Below the pieces are notes generated by a model that was given only the letters and a program-made list of their open reading frames with translations, had not been told where the DNA came from and did not search any database. Positions 18,084 through 27,284 of a stretch of 64,000 nucleotides of DNA are shown piece after piece. Each line of letters opens with the position of its first letter. Within the stretch, counting starts at the first letter, position 1. The position numbers and the translations under genes were made by a program. The stretch lies in the NCBI GenBank assembly GCA_947632065.1, contig CANRNO010000003.1, forward strand, positions 6,662 to 70,661, given 5' to 3'. The DNA comes from an uncultured Bacilli bacterium. Lineage in GTDB: Bacteria > Bacillota_I > Bacilli_A > RF39 > UBA660.

Positions 18084-18716
18084 ATGGATAATAAGACTGT
18101 TATTATCTCTTGCGCTGGAATGGGCAAGAGATTTGGTAAAAAAATGCCTAAAGCTTTAATAGAAGTAGATGGTAAAGCAATGATTATTAGAACATTGGAA
18201 TTATTGGATGAAGTAGATGATGTTAGAGTTGTAGTTGGTTATAAAGCAAATAAAGTAATAGAAAAAGTAAATTCATATCGAAAGGATGTTACTTTTGTGT
18301 TTAATCATGACTATACTAATAATGGTACAGGTGCGAGCGTTTCACTTGCGATGAAATATGCTAAAAAATTTATTTTAACCATAGATGGAGATATAATTAT
18401 ACATCCTGATGATATGAAAAAGATTTTGAATATGGATACTGAATTTGTGGGGGTTTGTTCTATTTCAACTGATGAGCCAGTATTAACAATAACTAAAAAT
18501 GGAAAAGTATTAGGTTTTTCTAGAGAAAAAGGAAATTTTGAATGGACAGGTGTTACTTTACTAGATTCTAAAAGAGCCGTACCTACAGATGGAAATGTTT
18601 ATGAAATGGTTGAACCGTTACTTCCACTTGATTATAAAATATTAAGATTAAAAGAGATAGATACTATGAATGATTATAAAGTAGCTGTTGATTGGGTTAA
18701 AAATAATTATAAATAG
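18084..18716 (+). CDS. Sugar/alcohol-phosphate nucleotidyltransferase (LicC/IspD/MobA-like NTP transferase)
   Basis: VIISCAGMGKRFGKKMPKALIEVDGKAMI is the glycine-rich NTP-transferase signature. Confidence 0.75.
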   Translation: MDNKTVIISCAGMGKRFGKKMPKALIEVDGKAMIIRTLELLDEVDDVRVVVGYKANKVIEKVNSYRKDVTFVFNHDYTNNGTGASVSLAMKYAKKFILTIDGDIIIHPDDMKKILNMDTEFVGVCSISTDEPVLTITKNGKVLGFSREKGNFEWTGVTLLDSKRAVPTDGNVYEMVEPLLPLDYKILRLKEIDTMNDYKVAVDWVKNNYK

Positions 18717-18761
18717 TTTTTCTCTTTTTTTTATAAATTTATAAAAAAGGAAAATGTTTTA

Positions 18762-21092
18762 TTAATCATTTTCCCAATGCCAATTAGCTATATATGGAAC
18801 ATCTTCTCCATATTCTTTAATATAATTTTTATGATATTTAAGCATTTCATTACACCAATTTATTACTTCATCTTTTTTATATTCAAATTGAGGTAATTCT
18901 TCTAATGCTGAAATAACTAGATTGAAACGATCTATTTTGTTTTGTACTCTTATATCAAATGATGTTGTGATTGTTCCTTCTTCTTTATATCCATGTACAT
19001 GTAAATTTCGATTTTGTCTTCTATATGTTAATTGATGGATTAATGAAGGATATCCATGGAAGTTAAATATTATAGGTTTGTCTTTTGTGAATATTTCATC
19101 ATATTCTTCATCTGTTAGTCCATGTGGGTGTTTATCATGAGATACTAATTTCATTAAATCTACAACGTTTACTACTCTAATTTTTATTTCAGGTATTGTC
19201 TTTCTTAATATATCGACTGCTCCTAGACATTCTAGTGTTGGAGTTTCTCCACAACAAGCCATTATAATATCAGGGTTTTTATCATCATTACTTGCGAATT
19301 TAAATATTCCTAAACCTTTTTCACAATGAATTTTTGCTTCTTGACTAGTTAACCATTGTGGTCTTGGATGTTTACTGGCAATTACTACATTTATATAATT
19401 TTTACTTCTTAGTATATGATCCATACAACTTAAAAGACAATTAGTATCTGGTGGTAGATACATTCTAACTATATCTGCTTTTTTTGTTACTAAGTGATTT
19501 AAAAATCCTGGATCTTGATGAGTATATCCATTATGGTCTTGTTGGAAAACATGAGATACTAAAAGAAAGTTAAGAGATGATATTTCTTTTCTCCAAGGAA
19601 TATTATTTGATACTTTTAACCATTTAGCATGTTGACTTGCCATAGAATCAATTATTCTAATAAAAGCCTCATAACTGTGGAAAAATCCATGTCTTCCTGT
19701 TAGTATATATCCTTCTAACATTCCTTCACATAAATGTTCTGAAAGATATGAATCCATTATTCTTCCCTCATTTGATAAATATTCATCAGTATCTAAAATA
19801 TCCATATTCCAAGTTCTTTTTTCATAGTCAAATATATAATTTAATCTATTAGATAAAGCTTCATCTGGACCGAATATTCTAAAGTTTTTATTTTCTTTAT
19901 TTAATTTAAAAACATCTTTTATATATTTCCCTAAATTTATTGTATCTTGAGAGTTAATACTTCCAGGTTCCAAAAAATCTATAGTGTAGTCCATCCAATT
20001 TGGAACATTTAATTCTTTTAGTAAAAGTCCTCCATTAGCATTTTTATTTGCTCCCATACACAACTCTGGTCTAGGAAGTTGTTTTGTGATTATTTCTTTT
20101 GGATGTCCATTTTCATCAAATAATTCTTCTGGGTGATAACTTTTTAACCATTTTTCTAATACTTCTATATTGTCTAAATGTTTATCATCTATAACAAGGG
20201 GTATTTGATGAGATCTAAAACTTCCTTCCATAGGTTTTTGTTCTACTTCTTTAGGACCAGTCCAACCTTTTGGTGTTGTCAAAACTATTAATGGGTAATT
20301 AACATTAAGTCCTGATTTTATTTTTCTTATATCTTCCATTACTTTCTCTAAAGTATAAATCATTACTTCATGTAGTTTTAGGGGATCATTTCCGCTTACG
20401 TGATAGACTGTATATGATAGTCCTTCAAAGAATTTATTTATATCTTGCTTTTTCATTCTTCCAAACACTGTAGGATTTGCGATTTTATAACCATTTCTAT
20501 GTAATATAGGTAATACTATTCCATCGTTTTTCTTATTTAAGAATTTATTAATATTCCAGCTTGTTGCGAGTGGTCCAGTTTCTGCTTCTCCATCACCTAT
20601 GACGCATGTTACTATTAAATCTGGATTATCTAAGACTGCTCCTGCAGCGTGTGCAAGAGAGTATCCTAACTCTCCTCCTTCATGAATTGATCCTGGGGTC
20701 TCTGGTGCTACATGGGATGATATTCCTCCTGGAAAACTAAATTGTTTAAATAGTTTTTTCATACCATTTTCATCTTGAGTTATATTAGGATAAAATCTAG
20801 TATAAGTTCCATCTAAATAATTATTAGAAACCATTGCTTCTCCACCATGTCCTGGTCCAGAAATATACATCATATTAAGATTATATTTTTTTATAATTCT
20901 ATTTAAATGTGTATATATAAAATTTTGTCCAGGAGCAGTTCCCCAATGTCCAACTACATTAGGTTTTATATCTTCACGAGTTAATTTTCTTTTTAAAAGA
21001 GGATTATCAAGTAGATATAATTGTCCTAAGGATAAGTAATTTGCTGCCCTAAAATAAGCATCTATTTCTAATATTTCTTCTTTTGTTAGCAT
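18762..21092 (-). CDS. xfp: Xylulose-5-phosphate/fructose-6-phosphate phosphoketolase
   Basis: 776 aa. The N-terminus IDAYFRAANYLSLGQLYLLDNPLL, the HWGTAPG motif and the TPP-binding GDGEAETG motif are all phosphoketolase hallmarks. Confidence 0.95.
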   Translation of the reverse strand: MLTKEEILEIDAYFRAANYLSLGQLYLLDNPLLKRKLTREDIKPNVVGHWGTAPGQNFIYTHLNRIIKKYNLNMMYISGPGHGGEAMVSNNYLDGTYTRFYPNITQDENGMKKLFKQFSFPGGISSHVAPETPGSIHEGGELGYSLAHAAGAVLDNPDLIVTCVIGDGEAETGPLATSWNINKFLNKKNDGIVLPILHRNGYKIANPTVFGRMKKQDINKFFEGLSYTVYHVSGNDPLKLHEVMIYTLEKVMEDIRKIKSGLNVNYPLIVLTTPKGWTGPKEVEQKPMEGSFRSHQIPLVIDDKHLDNIEVLEKWLKSYHPEELFDENGHPKEIITKQLPRPELCMGANKNANGGLLLKELNVPNWMDYTIDFLEPGSINSQDTINLGKYIKDVFKLNKENKNFRIFGPDEALSNRLNYIFDYEKRTWNMDILDTDEYLSNEGRIMDSYLSEHLCEGMLEGYILTGRHGFFHSYEAFIRIIDSMASQHAKWLKVSNNIPWRKEISSLNFLLVSHVFQQDHNGYTHQDPGFLNHLVTKKADIVRMYLPPDTNCLLSCMDHILRSKNYINVVIASKHPRPQWLTSQEAKIHCEKGLGIFKFASNDDKNPDIIMACCGETPTLECLGAVDILRKTIPEIKIRVVNVVDLMKLVSHDKHPHGLTDEEYDEIFTKDKPIIFNFHGYPSLIHQLTYRRQNRNLHVHGYKEEGTITTSFDIRVQNKIDRFNLVISALEELPQFEYKKDEVINWCNEMLKYHKNYIKEYGEDVPYIANWHWEND

Positions 21093-21170
21093 ACTATCAC
21101 CTTTCTATTCTAATTAATTATATAATAAATTTTGAATTTAGAAAAGAAAAAAGTGTATTACACTTTTACT

Positions 21171-22385
21171 TTAATAATTACCAGTTTCTTTTATTATTGG
21201 ATTTAAATCTATAAATGTTCCATCTTCTTTTTGGGCAAGAGTCGTTACCCAACCAGAACCTTGTGAAGAATAAGTGTCAGCAGTTAAAAATTTAATAACT
21301 CCATCTACTCCTGATAATTTTCCAAATGATGAAAAATTATCTTTTTCTGTTGCTTTTTTTATAGGCATATATTCTACTGTTTTATCTTTCATAAGGAAAA
21401 ATAATGTTTCTTCTCCTGCATCTTGTCCAAATCCTCCTAAATAAATATCACTTATTTCATTATTTAGTTTAATAGTATAAGGTGTTCCTATATTCTGTTG
21501 TGAATCAGGGTGATTTGTATTTCCATAAATTTGATTAATTTTATACCATTCTACAGTTAACTCAACACTTTTTTTATCATCATTCAGTCTTGCATTTATA
21601 CCCATAGAATTATTGTTATTTATATAATACTTATTTCCATTAGAATTTTTTACTTTTGAATTATCAAAAGTCCAATCAATTGTTGATGATGAAATCGTTT
21701 CATCGTTACTACTGCTTTCTTTTTTATTTATAATAGCACCTAAATCATAGAATGATCCATCTTTTTTGGCAGCAATTGTTGTTTTTGAACTTGCGTTTTC
21801 TTTTGATGAATCTACATTATATAATTTATAAACATCTTTTACATCTGATAAAGTTCCACTCACTTTAAATGAATCGTTATTTTGATAATTCATTTCATAA
21901 TGATCTGTTTTGTTTATAAACATTGGCATATACTCTACTGTATTATCTTCCATAATAAAGAATAAAGTTATTCCCATTGAATCTTGTCCTATATCTCCTA
22001 TAAAAGTAGATTTTATTTTTTTACTGAATCCATTTATTTGGTATGTTTCTGTATTATCTGAATAGGCGCTTGCTGTTGATAGTGGTCCAAATTTTGGCCA
22101 ATCAATACTTAATGTAGCGGTTTTTCTGTTATCATTAACAGTTACATTAAGTCCATAATCTCCTTCTTTAGTAGTTGGATTTGAATATTTTACTCCTTCT
22201 GTATTAAGACTTTTAGTTAAGTCTAATTTTTTTACTGCTCCACCTTTCATTTCATTAACACTAGCAATACTTTTAAATATAATATTTTTATCAAAGGCAA
22301 TATATGTAACTAATCCCACAATTACTAGTACAAGTATAATTATTGTAATCACTTTTTTATCTTTAAATTTGCTTTCTTTTTTCAT
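21171..22385 (-). CDS. Membrane-anchored/secreted protein made of two copies of an unknown ~170-aa domain
   Basis: AAGGAGG RBS before the ATG at 22385, and an N-terminal TM helix. Internal duplication: GQDSMGITLFFIMEDNTVEYMPMF versus GQDAGEETLFFLMKDKTVEYMPIK, and KKDGSFYDLGAII versus KEDGTFIDLNPII. Confidence 0.6.
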   Translation of the reverse strand: MKKESKFKDKKVITIIILVLVIVGLVTYIAFDKNIIFKSIASVNEMKGGAVKKLDLTKSLNTEGVKYSNPTTKEGDYGLNVTVNDNRKTATLSIDWPKFGPLSTASAYSDNTETYQINGFSKKIKSTFIGDIGQDSMGITLFFIMEDNTVEYMPMFINKTDHYEMNYQNNDSFKVSGTLSDVKDVYKLYNVDSSKENASSKTTIAAKKDGSFYDLGAIINKKESSSNDETISSSTIDWTFDNSKVKNSNGNKYYINNNNSMGINARLNDDKKSVELTVEWYKINQIYGNTNHPDSQQNIGTPYTIKLNNEISDIYLGGFGQDAGEETLFFLMKDKTVEYMPIKKATEKDNFSSFGKLSGVDGVIKFLTADTYSSQGSGWVTTLAQKEDGTFIDLNPIIKETGNY

Positions 22386-22502
22386 CTTTTTCCTCCTTAT
22401 TCTATATTTATATATTAGCATATAATTTTCTTTAATGAATATTTTTATAAATCTATTTACAAAATATTGACATATAAAAATGCACTGTTCTAGTGCATTT
22501 TA

Positions 22503-24602
22503 TTAATTTATAGTTATTAAATCTTTATTTTTGTCATAATGTACTTCTACTGTACTTCCATATTTTATTTCATTATTAATTATCTTTTTAGCAAGTATAG
22601 TCTCAAGTGTACGTGATACAAATCTTTTAAGAGGTCTTGCTCCAAAGAATTCATCGTATCCTTCATCTATAAAATATTTACGAGCATTATCATCTAAATT
22701 TATTTTTATATTTAAATCTTTTAATCTTTCTTCTATTTCTCTTATTATTTTATCTAGTATTTCTGATAAAACTTTTTTATCTAATTTTTTAAATATTATG
22801 ATTTCATCTATTCTATTTAAAAATTCTGGTTTGAAATATTTTTTCATTTCATCATTAATTTTTTCTTCTTCATGATTTAGAATATATTCACTTCCTACAT
22901 TAGATGTCATTATGATAATAGTATTTTTAAAATCTACTGTTCTACCATTAGAATCTGTAATACGTCCATCATCTAATATTTGTAGTAAAAGATTTAAAAC
23001 TTCTGGATGAGCTTTTTCTATTTCATCAAATAAAACTATACTATAAGGATTACGTCTTACTGCTTCTGTTAGTTGTCCTCCTTCTTCATATCCTATATAT
23101 CCTGGAGGAGAGCCTATTAGACGTGATACTGAGTATTTTTCCATGTATTCACTCATATCAATTCTTACCATATGTGTCTCATCATCAAAAAGTTCATAAG
23201 CAAGACTTCTTGCAACTTCTGTTTTTCCTACACCTGTGGGTCCTAGAAAGATGAAGGAACCTATAGGACGACGTGGATCTTTTATTCCACTTCTACTTTT
23301 TATAATAGCATCACTTACAAGTTTTAAAGCATCATCTTGTCCCATTACTCTTTTTGATAGATTTTCTTCTAGTTTTAGAAGTTTTTCTTTTTCACTATTT
23401 AATAATTTTTGTACTGGAATGTTAGTCCATCTAGAAATTATATTAGCAATATCATCACTATCAACAACATCACTTAATATTTTATTTTTGTTTTCCTTTT
23501 TTAATTCTTCAAGTTCTTTTTCTAATTTTGGAATAGTTCCATGTTTTAAGACCGCAGCTGTTTCTAAGTCATATTTATTTTCTGCATCTGTTAGGTCATA
23601 TCTTGCTTTATCTAGTTGTTCTTTTTTCTTCTTTAATATTTCATTAAATTCTTTTTCATGTTCCCAATTTTCTTTGAATTCTTGTTCTTTTTGTTTTAAT
23701 TCTTTTAATTTCTCATCTATTTCTGTACGTCTTTTTTTAGATAAATCATCTTTTTCTTTTTTAATAGCTTGACGTTCTATTTCAAGTCTCATTATTTTTC
23801 TTGTTAGGTTATCAAGTGAAGTTGGTACTGAATCCATTTGTACTCTGATGGTAGCACAAGCCTCATCTACTAAATCAATTGCTTTATCTGGTAGGAATCT
23901 ATCTGTTATATATCTATTTGAAAGTGTTGCGGCTGAAATTAGGGCTTTATCTTTTATAGTTACTCCATGATGTATTTCAAATCTTTCTTTTAGACCACGA
24001 AGTATTGTAATAGTATCTTCTACATTAGGCTCTTGGACTAATACTTTTTGGAAACGTCTTTCTAGTGCTCCATCTTTTTCTATATATTTTCTATATTCAT
24101 TTAATGTAGTAGCACCTATTACGTGTATTTCTCCACGAGCAAGTAATGGTTTTAGAATATTTGATGTATCCATTGCTCCTTCTACTGCTCCACTTCCTAC
24201 TATCATGTGAATCTCATCAATAAACATGATAATTCTACCTTCACTTTTTTTAATTTCTTCTAATACTTTTTTAAGTCTTTCTTCAAACTCTCCACGATAT
24301 TTAGCACCTGCGATAAGGCTTGCGATATCAAGTTCCCAAATTTCTTTATCTTTTAGACTATTTGGAACATCACCTGCGACTATTCTTTGAGCAAGTCCTT
24401 CTACTATAGCAGTCTTACCTACTCCTGCTTCTCCTATTAATACTGGATTGTTTTTAGTTTTTCTAGAAAGTACTCTTGTAATATTTCTGATTTCTTCGTT
24501 ACGTCCAATAACAGGATCTAATTTTCTTTTTTTAACATCATCAATAATATTACGTCCATATTTTTCTAAAACATTTTCTTCTTCTGTATTTTGATTAAAC
24601 AT
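22503..24602 (-). CDS. clpB: ClpB-type AAA+ disaggregase lacking the N-terminal domain
   Basis: Two Walker A sites ([16 protein letters not shown]) and a long coiled-coil middle domain between NBD1 and NBD2. 699 aa, with only 84 nt between its start and the upstream gene. Confidence 0.9.
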   Translation of the reverse strand: MFNQNTEEENVLEKYGRNIIDDVKKRKLDPVIGRNEEIRNITRVLSRKTKNNPVLIGEAGVGKTAIVEGLAQRIVAGDVPNSLKDKEIWELDIASLIAGAKYRGEFEERLKKVLEEIKKSEGRIIMFIDEIHMIVGSGAVEGAMDTSNILKPLLARGEIHVIGATTLNEYRKYIEKDGALERRFQKVLVQEPNVEDTITILRGLKERFEIHHGVTIKDKALISAATLSNRYITDRFLPDKAIDLVDEACATIRVQMDSVPTSLDNLTRKIMRLEIERQAIKKEKDDLSKKRRTEIDEKLKELKQKEQEFKENWEHEKEFNEILKKKKEQLDKARYDLTDAENKYDLETAAVLKHGTIPKLEKELEELKKENKNKILSDVVDSDDIANIISRWTNIPVQKLLNSEKEKLLKLEENLSKRVMGQDDALKLVSDAIIKSRSGIKDPRRPIGSFIFLGPTGVGKTEVARSLAYELFDDETHMVRIDMSEYMEKYSVSRLIGSPPGYIGYEEGGQLTEAVRRNPYSIVLFDEIEKAHPEVLNLLLQILDDGRITDSNGRTVDFKNTIIIMTSNVGSEYILNHEEEKINDEMKKYFKPEFLNRIDEIIIFKKLDKKVLSEILDKIIREIEERLKDLNIKINLDDNARKYFIDEGYDEFFGARPLKRFVSRTLETILAKKIINNEIKYGSTVEVHYDKNKDLITIN

Positions 24603-24623
24603 ATTATCACCTCTTTTTATTTT

Positions 24624-24650
24624 TTAGCATTCTTTTTGAGTGAGTGCTAA
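24624..24650 (-). promoter_or_regulatory. CIRCE operator (HrcA binding site) upstream of clpB
   Basis: The minus strand reads TTAGCACTC-N9-GAATGCTAA against the consensus TTAGCACTC-N9-GAGTGCTAA. It lies 22-48 nt upstream of the clpB ATG. Confidence 0.8.
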
Positions 24651-24686
24651 AGACAGATTTTTAGAAAAGAACTTTTAAAAGTCCTT

Positions 24687-26573
24687 TTACTTAGTCATAA
24701 CTTCACATATTAAGTTTGAAAGTTCAGTAGGATCTTCTACTGGTAATCCTTCAATTAAACATGCTTCACTATATAATATTTTTGCATATTTTAATAATTC
24801 ATCTTTATCTTCTTTATATAGTTTTTTTAATTTATCTGCTATTTTATGATTTGCATTAATCTCTAATATTTTTTCTGATTTTATAGTCTCATCTGTTGGC
24901 ATAGCATTAATAACTTTTTCCATTTCTATTGAAATATCACCTTTACTAGTAAAGCATACTGGATGAGATTTTAAAATATTTGTAAATCTTACTTCATTTA
25001 CATCTAAGTTATCTTTTAAGTATTCTAATAAATCTTTATTATCATCATTTAATTTTTTAGTTTTATCTTTTTCTTCGTCTGACTCTAAATTTAGTTTTCC
25101 ATTACTTACATTTTCAAACTTTTTAGAATCATATTCCATTAAGGTATTAAGACAAAATTCATCTACATAATCAGTTAAGTAAAGAATATCGTAATCTTTT
25201 TCTTTTACTTGTTCTACTTGTGGTAGTTTATCTATTTTATCAGTAGTAGCACCACTTGCATAGTATATAGCCTCTTGTCCTTCTTTCATGTTTTCTACAT
25301 ATTCTTTTAATGTAATTAGTTTTTTATTTTTAGCTGAATAAAACATTAATAAATCTTTTAGTTTGTCTTTATTCATTCCATAATCACTATATACACCAAA
25401 TTTTATTCCTGTTCCAAATGTTTCAAAGAATTTAATATATTCATCCTTATTTTCTTCTTGCATTTTTAAAAGTTCTTTATTAATTTTAGATTCTATATTT
25501 TTGGCAATTACTTGAACAGTTTTTGTTTGTTGAAGCATTTCTCTTGAAATATTTAAGGATAAATCTTCTGTGTCAACAACACCTTTTACAAAACTGAAAT
25601 AATCTGGTAGTAATTCTTTACATTTATCCATTATCATTACTCCATTAGAATAAAGTGATAATCCTTTTTCATATTCTTTTGTGTAAAAGTCATAAGGTGC
25701 TTTTGATGGTATGAAAAGAATTGCTTTATATGAAGTCATTCCTTCTACTGATGTTGTAATAGTTTTTAATGGATTTTCAAAATCATAGTATTTATCTTTA
25801 TAAAAGTCATTATATTCTTCGTCTGTTACTTCACTTTGTGGTCTTTTCCAAATTGGAACCATACTGTTTAGTGTAGTTACTTCACGTTTTTCTTCATAAT
25901 CTTCTTTTGATCCTTCTTTTAGACTTCTAGTTAATACTTCCATTTTTATTGGATAACTTATATAATCTGAATATTTTTTAATTAATTCATTAATTTTAAA
26001 CTCTTCTAAATATTCACTGAAGTTTTCTTCCTCCGTATCATCTTTTAAGTAAAGAGTAATTTCAGTACCTCTTTTTTCTTTGTCACCTTTTTTAATAGTA
26101 TATCCATCTACTCCATCACTTATCCAAGTATTTGCTTCTTCATCATCTTTTTTAGATGTTACTTCTATTTTTTTACTTACCATAAATGCTGAATAGAATC
26201 CTACACCAAATTGTCCAATAATATCAATATCTTTATTTTTAGCTTTATCAGTATTCATCATTTCTTTAAAAGCAAGTGTTCCACTTTTAGCAATCGTACC
26301 TAGGTTGTTTTCTAATTCTTCTTTGTTCATTCCACAACCATTGTCGATAACTTTTATTGTTCTATTTTCTTTATTTAATTCAATAAAGATTTCTAATTTG
26401 TCCTTTTTTACTTTTAATTTTTTATCTGTAAGGGATGCATAATAAAGTTTATCTAGTGCATCACTGGCATTAGAAATTAACTCCCTTAAAAATATATCCT
26501 TATTTGTATAAATTGAATGAATCATTAAGTCAAGTAGTCTTTTTGATTCTGATTTAAATTGTTTCTTTTTCAT
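24687..26573 (-). CDS. htpG: Chaperone HtpG (Hsp90)
   Basis: LLDLMIHSIYTNKDIFLRELISNASDALDK and GQFGVGFYSAFMV are Hsp90 signatures. The ATG at 26573 follows an AAAGGAAGAG RBS, whereas the track start at 26624 would run through the CIRCE element. Confidence 0.95.
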   Translation of the reverse strand: MKKKQFKSESKRLLDLMIHSIYTNKDIFLRELISNASDALDKLYYASLTDKKLKVKKDKLEIFIELNKENRTIKVIDNGCGMNKEELENNLGTIAKSGTLAFKEMMNTDKAKNKDIDIIGQFGVGFYSAFMVSKKIEVTSKKDDEEANTWISDGVDGYTIKKGDKEKRGTEITLYLKDDTEEENFSEYLEEFKINELIKKYSDYISYPIKMEVLTRSLKEGSKEDYEEKREVTTLNSMVPIWKRPQSEVTDEEYNDFYKDKYYDFENPLKTITTSVEGMTSYKAILFIPSKAPYDFYTKEYEKGLSLYSNGVMIMDKCKELLPDYFSFVKGVVDTEDLSLNISREMLQQTKTVQVIAKNIESKINKELLKMQEENKDEYIKFFETFGTGIKFGVYSDYGMNKDKLKDLLMFYSAKNKKLITLKEYVENMKEGQEAIYYASGATTDKIDKLPQVEQVKEKDYDILYLTDYVDEFCLNTLMEYDSKKFENVSNGKLNLESDEEKDKTKKLNDDNKDLLEYLKDNLDVNEVRFTNILKSHPVCFTSKGDISIEMEKVINAMPTDETIKSEKILEINANHKIADKLKKLYKEDKDELLKYAKILYSEACLIEGLPVEDPTELSNLICEVMTK

Positions 26574-26610
26574 AAATCTCTTCCTTTCAATAACTGTTAT
26601 AACACTACTT

Positions 26611-26637
26611 TTAGCAATTGTCAAGGAAGAGTGCTAA
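26611..26637 (-). promoter_or_regulatory. CIRCE operator (HrcA binding site) upstream of htpG
   Basis: The minus strand reads TTAGCACTC-N9-AATTGCTAA. The left arm is perfect and the right arm has 2 mismatches. It lies 38-64 nt upstream of the htpG ATG. Confidence 0.7.
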
Positions 26638-26767
26638 AAAATGTAAATTTAATACTTTATTTATAAAAACTATAAAGAATATACTTTATTTTTATAAATT
26701 TTTCGTTACAAATAACTAAAATTTTGATATAATATAGATATATTTTGTAATTAAGGAGAAATTTATT

Positions 26768-27262
26768 ATGTATAAACAAAATGATTATGTAGTATATAGG
26801 AAAGATATTTGTCAAATTGAGGATATTAAAGAAAAATATTTTAATGATGAAGATTATTATATTTTAAAATCAGTAACTGATCCATCATTAAAAATTAATA
26901 TTCCTATTTCTAAAGGAGATGTTTTACTTAGAGATTTAATTACTAAGGAAGAAGTTGATAAAATAATTAGAGATATACCTAATATTGGTTTAATTAAGAC
27001 TAATGATAAATTTCTAGAACATGAATATAGAGAACTTATGAATTCTGGTACTCATAGAGATTTAATAAAAATTATAAAGACTACTTATTTAAGAAATAAA
27101 GAAAGAGCTGAAAGTAAAAGAAGAATTGCAGAGGTTGATAGTACTTATTTTGAACTTGCTGAAAAATATTTATATAATGAATTTTCCATAGTTTTAGATT
27201 TGAGTGTTGATGATACTAAAAAATATATATTAGATAAAGTTGAAGAACAAATTGCACATTAA
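26768..27262 (+). CDS. CarD/CdnL-family transcription factor-like protein
   Basis: The N-terminus YKQNDYVVYRKDICQIEDI resembles the CarD_CdnL_TRCF RNAP-interacting domain. AAGGAG RBS and an upstream TGATATAAT extended -10. Confidence 0.5.
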   Translation: MYKQNDYVVYRKDICQIEDIKEKYFNDEDYYILKSVTDPSLKINIPISKGDVLLRDLITKEEVDKIIRDIPNIGLIKTNDKFLEHEYRELMNSGTHRDLIKIIKTTYLRNKERAESKRRIAEVDSTYFELAEKYLYNEFSIVLDLSVDDTKKYILDKVEEQIAH

Positions 27263-27284
27263 AAAGAGATTTACATCTCTTTTT
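27261..27284. terminator. Bidirectional terminator between convergent genes
   Basis: aaaaagagat-ttac-atctcttttt is a perfect 10-bp stem. Confidence 0.7.

Noticed and set aside
23236-23772. A 178-aa plus-strand ORF inside clpB, and similar antisense ORFs at 1246-1455, 6464-6658, 7812-8057, 9301-9594, 11259-11540, 13363-13644, 16081-16392, 27430-27720, 39223-39816, 45366-45965, 46724-47091, 49156-50332 and 55554-55820
   Set aside because: These are shadow ORFs opposite well-supported genes. They have low-complexity S/F/L-rich translations, which is typical of the antisense of AT-rich K/E-rich coding sequence, and they have no RBS.
24603-24686. clpB truncated by a frameshift or assembly error
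   Set aside because: Only 84 nt separate clpB from the htpG stop. That space is occupied by the promoter, CIRCE site and RBS, so no remnant of an N-domain coding sequence can fit.
26574-26624. An N-terminal extension of htpG (MTIAKSSVITVIERKRF...) as given in the ORF track
   Set aside because: The extension would be translated through the CIRCE operator. The ATG at 26573 has a good RBS and gives the canonical Hsp90 N-terminus.
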